DNA of 64,000 bases, from NCBI RefSeq assembly GCF_006345805.1, contig NC_042999.1, positions 22,258,001 through 22,322,000 of the forward strand, read 5' to 3'. A program made the translations under genes and the position numbers. Each line of letters begins with the position of its first letter. Within the stretch, counting starts at the first letter, position 1. This document shows positions 14,302 through 27,691 of the stretch, piece after piece. The notes below the pieces were generated by a model. That model had not been told where the DNA came from and searched no databases. It was given only the letters and a program-made list of their open reading frames with translations. Source of the DNA: Octopus sinensis. Lineage: Eukaryota.

Positions 14302-14646
14302 GTGGAGGCGCAATGGCCCAGTGTTTAGGGCAACGGACTCGCGGATTCGATTCCCAGGCCGGGCGTTGCGAGTGTTTATTGAGCGAAAACACCTAAACTC
14401 CACGCGGCTCCGGCAGGGTATGGTGGCGAACTCTGCTGTACTCTTTCACCACAATTTTCTTTCACTCTTTCTTCCTGTTTTTGTTGTATCTGTCACATTC
14501 TGTGTCACGCTGAATTTCCGCGAGAACTACGTTAAGATTACACGTGTTTGTGGAGTACTCAGCCACTTGCACGTTAATTTCAATAACAGGCTGTTCCGTT
14601 GATCTGATTAACTGGAACCCTCGTCGTCGTAACTGGCGGAGTGCCA
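14302..14646 (+). mobile_element. SINE family C, tail type 1
   Basis: tRNA head GTGGAGGCGCAATGGCCCAGTG..TTCGATTCCC, 3' end GTCGTAAC(T/C)G(G/A)CGGAGTG. Other copies at 13317-13698 (-), 19785-20168 (-) and a diverged ~365-684 (-). Confidence 0.88.
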
Positions 14647-14952
14647 CTATGTATATATATACACAAATATGAGAGAGAATCCACTAAAGTGGACGCCCTT
14701 ACGCTAAATAGAGATCCGTATGAGTCTCAACCACTAAGAATTGTTCTCAAGACAAAATTTAGCAGACTATGAAGGTAAGCGAGCAGGACAAATGAAAAAA
14801 AATAACAAAATATAATCTATATTTGTTATTTTTGTAATTCTCTCTCTCTCTCTCATATATACTATATATATGAGAGAGAGAGAGAATTACAGCTTTTTTC
14901 TTTCGTATGCATATATGTAAACTATGTACGCGTAAATGAACGAGGTTGTTGT

Positions 14953-15187
14953 TTTTACTCTTTTACTTGTTTCAGTCATTTGACTGTGGCCATGCTGGAT
15001 CACCGACTTTAGTCGAGCAAATCGCCCCCAGGACTTATTCTTTGTAAGCCTAGTACCGATTCTATCGGTCTATTTTGCCGAACCGCTATTTTACGGGGAC
15101 GTAAACACACGAGCATCGGTTGTCAAGTGATGTTGGGGGACAAACACAGACACATAAACAGACACACAGACACACAAACACACACAC

Positions 15188-15231
<44 letters not shown>

Positions 15232-15406
15232 CAATTAAAAAGAGGGTGTCTAAGAGACACCACCAAGCCGAAATAGCAGTCGAAACTCTGGTGGTGTCTC
15301 TTAGACACCCTCATTTTTAATGTAAAATATTATACCTATGTACGCTATTTTTCCCATGCTGGCCACTTGATAATATCGATATTTAAATATCGATATTATC
15401 CTCATT

Positions 15407-15443
<37 letters not shown>

Positions 15444-15598
15444 TACGACGAACTTCTTTCAGTTTCCCTATACCAAATCCACTCACAAGGCTTTGGTCAG
15501 CCCGAGGCTATAGTAGAAGACACTTGCCCAAGGTGCCACGCAGTGCGACTGAACCCGGAACCATGTGGTTCGTAAGCAAGCTACTTACCACACAGCCA
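14953..15598 (-). mobile_element. SINE family A with palindromic insertions in its internal microsatellite
   Basis: 3' half ~14953-15190 and head ~15435-15598, separated by (TA)n plus hairpins at 15233-15400. Confidence 0.85.
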
Positions 15599-16684
15599 TT
15601 GGGTTCAATAAAAAATTGTCTCACATAAAGCATAGACAAAAAGTATGATGCGAATGTAAAAGAAAGAAGCCGTAGTGACAGTAAAATTCGAAATTGTCAG
15701 AGCCAGGACATCTTGACATCTGATTTATAGTTGACAATAGAGCCGAACAAAATTGTTGACATGGAAAGAAGATAATTATCTCCCTTAATTCTATCGACCC
15801 CTCTTTCTTCTATTTGGTTCTCCGTATTGCTTATTTCTCTTTCACGGAGAGCCACCTATTTTGCAATGCATTTATTTGCGAGATAGCAAAATCAATCAAA
15901 ATATTATTGTTTACGGAGTTCTGAAGTGTCATTTCCAACATGTGATATAAAAGAAATCCTACATACCATAAGAAAATTAATCAATAGTTGCCCAAATAGT
16001 TGCCCAATGGCTGTGTGGTAAGTAACTTGCTTACGAACCACATGGTTCCGGGTTTAGTCCCACTGCGTGGCACCTTGGGCAAGTGTCTTCTAATATTGCC
16101 TCGGGCCGATCAAACGATTGTGAACGAACTATTAAAATTATTTCCTAACTCCATTCTTCCTTATATATCATCACACATACTCACACACATATATGTAATA
16201 ATATAATAATGATAATAATAATAATGGGTAAAATTAATTAATCAATTAATAATTAATAATTTTACCAAGTAGTTCGGTATGTTAAAATAACTATTATCGG
16301 TAAACTTATACAAAACTTTTATAATTATGAGCATAATTATAATTAGGGTTCAGCAAAATTTGCTTCACTACATATCGAAATTTAGAAATAGCAGTTAAAA
16401 TACTATTCTACTACCATAAGATATCTCCCTGACACCAATACTCTACAGCTCACGCAGGTTAAGAGAAAGGAGTATATACATGACCTCGTGTGTACTGTTG
16501 GCGATTTTTTTTCCTCTGTCTTCCCTTCTCTGGATCTTTCCTTCTCCTATGTTTCCGACGAAGAGCTCCGCTCGAAACATTAAACCCTCCTTCTTTCCTT
16601 AGCGTCCAATAATACTATATTTGTTCCACGTCCTCGCGTTGCTGTGTTTTTTGTGCTTTCTTGTTTGGATTAACTTCATATATA

Positions 16685-16716
<32 letters not shown>

Positions 16717-16892
16717 AATAAATATTAGGGAATAAATCCAAATTTAGGAGGGAAAAAATAAGATTAAGGATTGAATCCAATTTTATAGTAAAATATTATA
16801 TAATATTAATTAGAGACAAAACCACTATTTTGCAAATCAAACAAGGAAAGACTTAATAAATAAAAAAAAATTTATATAAAGTAAATAAATCG

Positions 16893-16936
16893 CCACTACA
16901 ATGTTTTCCTGTCTTCAAATGACATTCATCAGGTGG
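16893..16936 (-). ncRNA. Hammerhead-like motif (slightly degenerate)
   Basis: CCAC-CTGATGA-A-TGTC..GACA-G-GAAA-ACATTG-TA-GTGG, related to 36449-36511. Confidence 0.55.
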
Positions 16937-17572
16937 ATTTCATATCTAAAATATCAATATTTTAAAAAATAAATTTAAAATGTCTAAAACTATAAATAAT
17001 ATAAATTTATCAATGAAAAAATATAAAAATATATAATCTATATATAATCTATATATAATCTATATATAATATAATCAAGAACTAAAATAACCTCTATAAA
17101 CAATTGAGTATAAAGAACCTATTATTAAAGTTCTCATATTAAAGATGAAGAATCTAATTTCAAAAAACAAAAAACAAAAAACAAAAAGCAAAAAACAAAA
17201 AACAAAAAAAAAATAAACTATATATACACACATGCTCATACACATATATCTAATATATATAAACATATCTAAATACATACACTAACTCACACGCCCATAT
17301 ATATCTCTATACATACACATAAACATCTAGGCAACGATAAATTAATAAAATAGCCAAATACTTCAAACACATTACTTATTCATACTCCCTCACACAACAA
17401 ACAACCCTCATTCATAAACACACTCACTCTGCATGACAACCACACAACCAGCATCCGCATATACTCAACCACAACAATATAAACATTTCATTCTTAGCAA
17501 GAAACTACCAAATACCAAATACCACATATATACCACAACAATACATAAATACTTAAACCAAACACACACAAT

Positions 17573-17715
17573 ATCCAAATACCACATGCATGCAACAAAC
17601 ATACACAAATACGCAAACAAAACACACACACACACATATCCAAATACCACATGCATGCAACAAACATACACACACACTATCCAAATACCACATGCATGCA
17701 ACAAACATACACAAA
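17573..17715. repeat. 33-bp core repeated three times in CA-rich tract
   Basis: ATCCAAATACCACATGCATGCAACAAACATACA at 17573, 17638 and 17679. Confidence 0.85.
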
Positions 17716-18619
17716 TACGCAAATAACACAAACACACCAACATTACACATACATAAACACTCAAAAGAAAAACAACATTTACACATAAACAATGCACACC
17801 CACACACATTCACACACAATCACTCACATACACCGCACTCCTACCGCCACTCCAAACACGATGAGTAACAATTAGCAGATACATACTCTCAGCCACTTAC
17901 ATACAGTAATATTCCTACTCAGCAATATACTAAAAAAAACCCAACACCACTCTAAAACAAATTTATGAATGTGAATAAAACTTATATTGAGTTATTCTAT
18001 AATAAATCATTTAAAAACAGACCTATATATTATCAAAGTATGTCTAAATTATTGATAATTAATAACAAGAAAATACGATAAATAGAACACTCCATAAGCA
18101 ACAAGATTAACATAAGCAACAAGATTAACATAAGGAGAAAAAATACATACCTTCTATTCAATTTTAAAGTTATGAAGTGAATTTAAAGTCTAACCATTAT
18201 AACGTTTACAAAATTACGTTACCATAGAAATAGAAATAGAACATATTTATAAAAATTCTCTGCGCGTTATGAACGAACGTTATTTAAAAATTATGAATGG
18301 AATAGAATGGAATAATATGTTAATAAACGTAATTAGACAGAATTTACTATAAAATTCTTTAATAAAACAATCATGATAAACGAAACCCATATATACATAT
18401 AAGGATAAAACCTCCCTTTAACCATACACAATAACATACCTATATAGCAATCCCCTAATCTATACATTCACATACAAATACACACACGTATAACACACAC
18501 CCACAACATATACATATACCCACTCACACATACATATACATACGTACAAAACTCGATATATACACCAATATATTCACACCCACACCCATATAGATAAATA
18601 AATAAATATATATACATCC

Positions 18620-18659
<40 letters not shown>

Positions 18660-18670
18660 ATATAATATAA

Positions 18671-18939
18671 TATAAAATATAAATTAGGGATAAAACCACT
18701 ATTACGCAACTCAAACAGTGGTAGACATAAACCAAAACATAAATAACAAATAAAATATATTTTTATAATTTAATTGTAATTCGAATTTAATTGTAGTCAT
18801 GATTATTCATTTTTATACTTTTTGAGATCTAGTTATATGTTTTATAAAAATATATTTTATTTGTTATTTATGTTTTGGTTTATGTCTATCACTGTTTGAG
18901 TTGCATAATAGTGGTTTTATCTCTAATTTATACTTTATA
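18671..18939. repeat. Fold-back palindrome, 98-bp arms (PLE-end family)
   Basis: Arms 18671-18768 and 18842-18939. Shares TTAG.GA.AAAACCACTATT with repeats at ~16810 and ~36335. Confidence 0.88.
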
Positions 18940-19011
18940 TATTTATATTGTGAAATTTGTTTTAATACTAAATTGAATTTTTCCCTGTAATTTTGGAGTT
19001 ATACTCCCTAA

Positions 19012-19268
19012 TATTATTATTATCATTCAGTAGTTTTATTTTTATAGCGTGCTTTCACTTGACTACTGAGCGCAGCTCTGTGTGCCTTGGGTAAGTGCTG
19101 TGATTTGTTGTGATGCTCTGATGGTTATTGTATGGAACGTGCTCTGCGTAGGATGTGTGCAGTGCCTAGTAGTGCAATTTTCTGTATGGTATATGTGTTT
19201 ATAAGTCCTAGTGTTTTTGTTATGTATTTGTCTGAATATTTTTTATCATGCCTAATGCACCTAGGAAT
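19012..19268 (-). mobile_element. RLE-type non-LTR 3' end with (TAA)n tail
   Basis: GALGMIKKYSDKYITKTLGLINTYTIQKIALLGTAHILRR followed by 3' UTR and (AAT)n. Confidence 0.75.
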
Positions 19269-19270
19269 TG

Positions 19271-19313
<43 letters not shown>

Positions 19314-20355
19314 TGTTATATATATATATATATATAGTGGATTCATTTCCCTTATATTTCGCAATTTACCCCAATGCAACCATCTGACAGCTACCTATTA
19401 TTACTCATGATTTTTTATTCACATACATATTTTTCTGTCTCATGTCCTAAATAAGCTACAACATTCATGCAATAGAATATATATATACTTTTTTTTCTAT
19501 TTTAGTAACTATATTAAAACTACAAAACTGCAAACAGGATAAACAGCCGATGGCAAGTCATCAGCATACGTGACAGTGAGAGCACGGATGTAACAACACT
19601 AACAAAGAAAAACGATTACACAACTTATCTCCAGACATGTAAAATAATAGAGACATCATATATAAAATACAAACCCGCTTTAGAATGTCTGATTAAAGAA
19701 AAAAAGGCAGTTCGCTACATCAGACTTATAATAGTAATCTGTGAAGTAGACAGAATTAGTTTCCGAGGGAAACAATACGATAATGGAAGCACTCCGTCGG
19801 TTACGACGATGAGGGTTCCGGTTGATCCGAATCAACGGAACAGCCTGCTCGTGAAATTAACGTGTAAGTGGCTGAGCACTCCACAGACACGTGTACCCTT
19901 AACGCAGTTCTCAGGGATATTCAGCGAGACACAGAGAGTGACAAGGCCGGCCCTTTGAAATACAGGTACAACAGAAACAGGAAGTAAGAGTGAGAGAAAG
20001 TTGTGGTGAAAGAGTACAGCAGGGATCACCACCATCCCCTGCCGGAGCTTCGTGGAGCTTTAGGTGTTTTCGCTCAATAAACACTCACAACGCCCGGTCT
20101 GGGAATCGAAACCGCGATCCTATGACCGCGAGTCCGCTGCCCTAACCACTGGGCCATTGCGCCTCCACAATACGATAATATACAGGTGGGAAGAGGGAAA
20201 GTAATACATAGGCTAATGAAAAGCGAGAAACGATTATCCGAATTTAGCCGACTGAAAGCTTAAAAAAATACCTATTCATATTAGAGAGAATCCATAACTC
20301 AAATTTATCATAAGTAAATGAGAAGTTGACAACATTTTACACATTTTGTATGTAC

Positions 20356-20589
20356 TCTTTACTCTTTACTCTTTTAGTTGTTTCAATCATTTGATTGCGG
20401 CCATGCTGGAGCACGGCCTTTTAGTCGAGTAAATCAACCCCAGGACGTTTTCTTTGTAAGCCTAGTACTCATTCTATCGGTCTGTTTTGCCGAAACGCTA
20501 AGTCACGGGGACGTAAACACACCAGCATCGGATGTCAAGCGATGTTGGAGAGACAAACAAGACAGACAAACGTATACACATATACATAT

Positions 20590-20641
<52 letters not shown>

Positions 20642-20813
20642 TATATACGACAGACTTCTTTCAGTTTCCGTCTACCAAATCCACTCACAAGGCTTTGGTC
20701 GACCCGAGGCTATAGTACAAGACACTTGCCCAAGGTGCCACGCAGTGGGACTGAACCCAGAACCATGTGTTTGGTAAGCAAGCTACTTACCACACAGCCA
20801 CTCTTACGCCTGT
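20356..20813 (-). mobile_element. SINE family A
   Basis: Reverse complement of the family A consensus. Confidence 0.9.
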
Positions 20814-21293
20814 ATGTATACATTTTCCTACAATAATTGGTAAATAAATTTAAATGAAAACGGGAACGAGTGTATAGCATTTTCGAAATAAAATCAGTTA
20901 CGAAGCTGTATGGAAAAGAATCACATTTATATATAAATGATAGAAGAAATTAAATACTTTAACTATCCAGCCTATTCAGTAATTTTTTTAATCAAATCAA
21001 ATATATGTGTGTCTGAGAGTGAGTGTAGGTGTGTATGTGTGTGTGTGGAGGCATGAGGCTTGATGGTTAGGGTGTTGGACTTACGATCGTAAGATTGTGG
21101 TTTCGATTCCTGAACCAGGTGATCAGTTGAGTTCCAGAGCAAAACATTTTATTCCATGTTGCTCCAGTCCATTCAGTTGTAGAAATGAGTTTAGACTGGA
21201 GAGGGATGAGCTCCGCCTGTCTTCCTCTCCCGAGATACGCTGCGTGTGAATAGCAACCCGACGCCTCCCAATGGATTAAGGGTCTTTTCAAGC

Positions 21294-21373
<80 letters not shown>

Positions 21374-21447
21374 ATATAATATAATATATTATGTATATAT
21401 ATATATATATATATATTATAAATATATAATATATAATTATTATATAT

Positions 21448-21637
21448 GAGAATGGCAGAGACCAGGAGATGCAGTAGATATTGTTAGAAGTACAAATGAA
21501 GGAGTCGGTGATGCACGCTCCACGGAACGTGTTCTGGCAAGGGCGGTGTAGATAGTGGTGAGAAGATATCCACGTAGGATGAAGTGGCGAACAATGAGTT
21601 GAGACTGAGTCTCAAAGTCATGGTCGTCACTACAACG
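21448..21637 (-). mobile_element. Penelope-like element fragment (RT C-terminal/thumb region)
   Basis: RCSDDHDFETQSQLIVRHFILRGYLLTTIYTALARTRSV matches the PLE 'CSD..F......F..RGYP...I..A' segment. Isolated between two (TA)n tracts. Confidence 0.7.
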
Positions 21638-22231
21638 ATATATATATATATATACATATATGGATGTGTGTAAATACATTTGAAATACATGTGTAAGAAA
21701 CAGGTTAAATAAGAATTTTAGTACGTTTTGTATCACTTCTACCCACCCCGTCTTATTAAATATGTATTTTTACTTTCTGCATTTATCGTTATTCTGCACT
21801 GAAAATAATAATTAAGAAAATAATTCACATTTATGAAAGAAGTTCTCATACACAATGGACATCATTATGACTAAGTGAATGCATTGCGCTGTTAGACAGA
21901 AAATATATTAATTTATTTCACACATGCTTAAAAAAAAAAAAGATTCGTGTTCAGAACACCTGACAGCTGATCAGAAACTATTTGTCTAACTTGTTAATTA
22001 GAGTTGGAAATTAGGAAACAGTCAGACTAAATGCAGAATGTATTAGCTATTCATTAATTGAATGTCTTAACTCATATCACAATATGTCGGATATGCAAAG
22101 TACAAAGGAGACATACCAGAAATTCAGTTGGTTTGAGCAAAAAGTAGAAAATTTAACAATAATAAAAATCTTTTCTATTATAAGCACAAGGCCTGAATTT
22201 TGGAGGGAGGGAGGGAGCCAGTCGATCACAT

Positions 22232-22666
22232 GGGGATCTCATATCAAGATAAACAGCGCATGACCTTGCAGGTGAAGGCCCAGTTAGAATTTTCTTCTGG
22301 TTGAGTAGCCCATCCCGCTCAAAAGATCCCCGAATAAGGATTGTTTGAGGATGTTGAACGAACCACCCATGTTTCCAAAGGTGAATTATCCAAACCTCTA
22401 CAACACATGGCTATGATGCTCCCCAACTACTTCTGCTCGTGATCAGAGATGCACATATCGTCAGCCACTAAGGGGCATGGTCAATTGGGTTAAGGTCAAA
22501 CAACTGACAAGCAAATCGGTGGTATTGAGCAGAATATTTGCTGTAGCCCGTCTTTTATACCAAGACAAAACAATGTACATGATAACAGTTCCAATTAGTT
22601 AAGATCAGAAGCCACGAGAGCCACTGCCTGGTACTGCATGAGGGCATTTATTATTATTATTATTAT

Positions 22667-22668
<2 letters not shown>
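22232..22668 (+). mobile_element. Unclassified retroposon-like repeat ending in (ATT)n
   Basis: Non-coding segment ending ..CCACTGCCTGGTACTGCATGAGGGCATTT(ATT)n, which I recall as a common octopod repeat. Only one copy in this window. Confidence 0.4.
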
Positions 22669-22714
<46 letters not shown>

Positions 22715-23919
22715 CAGCAGCAGCAGCAGTAGCAGCAGCATGGTGGAGACAACTGAGGACCAACTTACATGTATCTTGTATGAGACATGTCAATTTGTGT
22801 TTTCAAATCTTTATGACGAAGAAACCAAATACCAGTTATATTGCCGTCAATCATTCAATTCAATATATGATACCCCCTCGTTAAGAAGCAACTTTGTACT
22901 GAATCTGAATCGAAAGAAAAAGAAATTCTCCTTCTTCTTCGTCTTCTTCTTCATCTTCTCTCTCTACTCATTATCATTTTTATTACTTATTTATTTACTT
23001 ATTCACATCTGATTTTTATTGATCTTGTTGACATTATTACAGCCGTTATTGTTATTTGGCGATGTGGTTGTTTTTACAATGACTGCTGTTGCCTTGCTTG
23101 CTTGCTTTTATTATATTTTATTGTTTTGACATGATTAACAGAGAAATACGACTTGAGAGTTAACTAACATGGCAGTGAAGCATTTGAACGTTGTGTTACG
23201 CTGGTCACTGGGGAAATTAATCAATTTGAATGTGGAGCGACACTTCTGTAGTAAGTAGCAAATAATCTGGAGAAGTAGTCAATAAGATAATGATGTAGCA
23301 CCAGAATTGGCTCCAAGCAAATTTAAGAATTACTCACTGCCATACATAAAGTAACAGTGAAGTAGGTAGTTGGCCATTTCTGAATTCCTTTTATTATGAA
23401 GGGAAATCTCTCAAGAGTTTTAAATATTAGCTGATATGATATAATGCACATTCTGTCTACATTATCTTAGATAAAGTTTCAAAACTTTGCCATGAAACCG
23501 ATATCAGTTAACCTAAACAATTTTATCTTCGTTTTTCTTTATATTTTTTATATTTACTTTTATTTTGCGTGGGGAGTGAGACGTTAAGAACTTCAAATTT
23601 ATCTTTAATACCGGATTATTTTTTGACAACTGTAGTACACATTTAACACGTACAGAATCACAAATACACCTATATCTGTGTTTTTATCTGTGTGTGTATG
23701 TGTGTGTGTAAATACATTTATATGTGTGTATAAGAATTATGCACAGGGAAAGCCACTAAGTGGTTTTCCATCTCGCTAGAAATGGGAGTTAAATCCCAAA
23801 CCACGAAAAGCTATTCTTATTTTGGCACGTTGAATGTTGGCGGGCAGGACAATTTCAGAGAACATTATTTACATTATTTATATTCGACGGATATTAGTCC
23901 TCATCTTGTTTGTTGTTAA

Positions 23920-23961
23920 CACAACGTTTTGGTTGATATACCCTCCAGCCTTCATCAGGTG
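23920..23961 (-). ncRNA. Degenerate hammerhead motif
   Basis: CAC-CTGATGA-A-GGCTG..CAACC-AAAA-CG-TT-GTG. GAAA is mutated to AAAA, so probably inactive. Confidence 0.5.
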
Positions 23962-24015
23962 TCTTGAAGAAATTTCAAACCTGGGTTCTCATTCCTAAGG
24001 TATTTTTCTATGTTG

Positions 24016-24063
<48 letters not shown>

Positions 24064-26179
24064 TATTATTCAGTTCACTGCCTGGAATCGAACTGTAGAT
24101 ATACATATATATACAAAACAATAATTGCGATGACTGCCTACGTGGTAAACAAAACGATAGTAAGTGTTTAAAAAAAAAACTGTTAGTAGAATTGACGTCA
24201 AAGTTAGATAGTAGGAAGAGAAGGGTTAAAGGAATAATAAATAGGGAACAAGTAGAGAGGGAGGGGTACGTTGATTAAAAGAATATTTAAAGGCTTAGGA
24301 AAGAAATTTTCTATTGAAGTAGAGTGCACGTTAAGCTAATTGTTCAAACTATAATGACTATCGAAATCATTTATATGAGTAAAAGGTATGTTTCTGCCAG
24401 TGTTTACATTTGTACGATTTCTCTATAAGTACATATATATATATATATGTATTTCGTTTTTGGATTTAGTTTGCAAGATTCTTTATGTGAGTTCGTGTGT
24501 TGAAGCATATTCTGTTGTGTCTGGGGAGAGTCATTTTCTTTTTGTACCATATTATTTAACACACTCACCGGTAAAATTTCCACTTATTTCTTATTTTATT
24601 TTCCTAAAATTTTGGTTGCGTCTTGACTCTGTCCGTTATTTACACTGCGTTCCTTTTTGTTTGTTTGTGCGCATGTGTGTGGGTCAGTGTGTGTGTGTGT
24701 GTGTGTGTGCGTGCCTATCCATGTATGTACGTATGTATGTGTGTGTATGTATGCATGTATGTACGTATGCATCTGTGTGTATGTATACATGTGTGTATGC
24801 ATATGTATGTATCTATGTATGTGTGTGCATCTGTGTGTATGTATTCTGCATATTCATGTGCTTGCATGTCTGTGTTTGTGTATTTTTTATGTATGTCTTT
24901 GTGTGGAGTAAAGTGTGTGTGTATATATATATATGGTCATGTGTTTCAGTCTTCATATGTGTACGTGTGCTTGTCTGTTCATATAACCTATGTAACTATC
25001 CGTCTGTATGTTGTTCTGTTTATTTTCATATCCATATGCTTACATACATGTGCGTACACGCACACACATACCCACACACACACATACATACATCTATCTA
25101 CATAACAGCCCACTAACTATTCTACTCTACCTGTGTACACTGTGGGTATGGATGTGTGATATTTACAATTTACACAGGTAGAGTAGACTATTGTGGTATT
25201 CGCCCTGACAAATGTCTCTTGTGACGTACAATGCTAAACAACACAAATATATATATCAGTAGTAGACGAAAATCGTCCAACAGTAGCGTTGGCATTTTTA
25301 GATGCGCATTTCTGTATGATTGAGCTTCATCAGAAACACCAGCTGGCAACCGCATGGTAAGACAAAATCCGTTGTTACTGATATAGGAAAAACAGACGCT
25401 GCAATTAGCCTGTCGGTTGAATTAACGTTCAACTGTACAACAGAAGTAGTATTAGATTAAAATAACAGTTTGTATATCATACTTAATGCACAGGGATCAC
25501 ATTTTTAGTGACTTCTTTAAACTTTTCATTGCAGTTCTTGACCTCACTTCACTTTTGAAAGCTATTTGTAGGTAGAGAATCTTATATTTTAAAGAGGTGT
25601 CCAACCCATATAATTTCAAATAGGATTTCAGTAACGTATGAATAGTGAGCATGTTAGATATTTCTTAAACAGTTTCATTTGATATCCTGTCTTACCATTT
25701 AATTTTCATAATTCCCTATTGCAAGTGACGTGAAAAGCCTCAAATTGCGTATAGTATTCACTGTACATTATCCAAGATTCAATGGTTACATATTAGCGTC
25801 ATGAGAATTTCCGCCTTGTAAACCTTGAAATCTGTGTTTAAGCTGATAAATATACGCTTTGATACGTTTGCTCGCCATCTCCCAAACGTCGAATTGGCTT
25901 TTCATAAACGACTATTGATTTCCCTAAGTCCAGTAAAGAAAAGTGAAGTTTGCTACCGATTTAAAGCATTGCTGATTTACGTAAACGCAAAGTCCATTGT
26001 ATGCTTTTATATGTTGGTAAGCTCCATATCATGACACCACTGTAAACGTCTTCATAGAATATTTCATACTTATTTCAAAGTTAGCAAATAAAATGCAGCA
26101 ATTTGTGAAAAGGATCTAGAATTTGAACAAAATTACTAAATTTCGAAATCCCCTTCTACATGCGTGAATTATATGTATA

Positions 26180-27058
26180 CAGGGTGCGGTGAATAAACTG
26201 TTGTTACATGAAAATGAAAATTACACTGATATCTTATTTTAAGAGATATCGTTACCAAAATTACAGAAAAATATCTTGAAATACTAAAGAGTAAATTTAT
26301 TCAACAAAATCGCCATTAGCTTCAATCACGGTCTCCAAACGACTTCAAAATCTCCTGCAACTCTTCTGGGCAGTTTCCTTGTCTAAGTTGGTCAATCCTG
26401 CCATAATCCTTGCTTTCTGTTCATCTTAGGTGTTACAAGGAGTTTTGTTGGTCTCTCGCTCAACTGCACCCCACACATAATAATCAAGGGGTTTGCAGAT
26501 TGAGGAGTTAGGTGACCAGATCTTAAGGGTGATGTGGTTGCAGAAATTGTCTGACAGCCATAACTGGGTTCTCCTGCTTGTGTGACATGGTGCGGAGTCC
26601 TGTTACCAGAGACAGGGTCTTCCAGCAACCACCCTCTTGACCCAGGGCAGCACAACCTCCTCCAGACACTTGATCTAGGCCTCCGTGTTGAATCTGAGGC
26701 CGTGTGGGAAGATGAATGAAGTCATAACGTCACGATGACCTCTCCAAATACCATAATGGTAACTGGATATTCGATTTTTATCATTCTCGGTACATGCCCT
26801 CATATTGCACTGCCCCCAGATTGACACCCAAACACTTTGAAATGTTCGTATTAAAGATTCCGGCACGAATGCCAAGCAGAAAAGCTTGTCGTTTCCAAAT
26901 TTCTGGCAGAGTGAATTGCGTCATAGTGCTGTTTTACTCACAGACGGTGCCCACTGACCCTACTACACTGTGTGTGTACTCGAAAAAATCACAAACAAAC
27001 AATGCACACGTGCGAAATTAAAAATATAAAATGGCGACAATTTACCAATCGCACTCTA
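26180..27058 (-). mobile_element. Tc1/mariner DD37D (maT-like) transposon, internally deleted, decayed
   Basis: Minus-strand QDSAPCH...IWSPNSSICKPLDYYVWGAVE...RLETVIEANGDFVE*, with 37 residues between the two Asp. In-frame stops present. Imperfect TIRs flanked by TA. Confidence 0.85.
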
Positions 27059-27099
27059 TATATATATAAACAAAATAACATCTGATTTTTTATATAAGC

Positions 27100-27540
27100 G
27101 CCGAAAATTGTATTGTACGATACAAATAAGATTCTTTTTTAAAACACAGGATTGCTGATGGAACAGTAAAAGTACTGGGTAAATTACCCTTACAAAGCGG
27201 AAAAATTTGTCAACAAACAACCATAGGACTCGAACCCACATCCCTCGAATGACGTCATAGTGGTCAGCTTTCCTGCTGACGCCAATATCTCTTTGAAAAT
27301 CATACAGAAAAAAGATAAGGGGCAATTGCTTCGAAAGCTCGGGCTTCTACATCCAAACCATAAATTCACATTTATGCTAATTATAATCGGTGCTCTTGGT
27401 TTTGTGAGTTAATGCTTTAAGTGACAATCTGGATAAGGTAGGGTTTTCAGAAAATGAAATCAACCCACTAACTCACACATTACAAATACAAACTGTCAGT
27501 GGAACAGTAAAAGTATGCAAGACTTCTTCAAGTTTAAAAT
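27100..27540 (+). mobile_element. RLE-type non-LTR fragment, older relative of 33870-34255
   Basis: VVSFPADANISLKI.., LIIIGALGFV, LDKVGFSENEI..LQIQTVSGTVKVCKT. Confidence 0.65.
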
Positions 27541-27655
27541 GCGACAATGTGTTTTTGTTATTTACATTTCTACGAAGGAGCTTTGCTTCTTTGTTAGAAA
27601 TCGTTCTTCGGATGAAGAACACGAATAAAAGCAGAAAAGAACATACATACATACA

Positions 27656-27691
<36 letters not shown>

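Noticed and set aside
24388-25116. 242-aa and 160-aa C/V/Y/M-rich ORFs (and many similar Y/I/H/T ORFs across the window)
   Set aside because: Translations of (TG)n/(TA)n/(TATG)n microsatellites with no domain signal.
25296-25356. 55-nt plus-strand exon candidate and an overlapping minus-strand CTGATGA..GAAA-TGCGCA-TC motif
   Set aside because: The exon has no recognisable peptide. The hammerhead-like motif lacks pairable stems I and II, so it may be chance or extreme decay.
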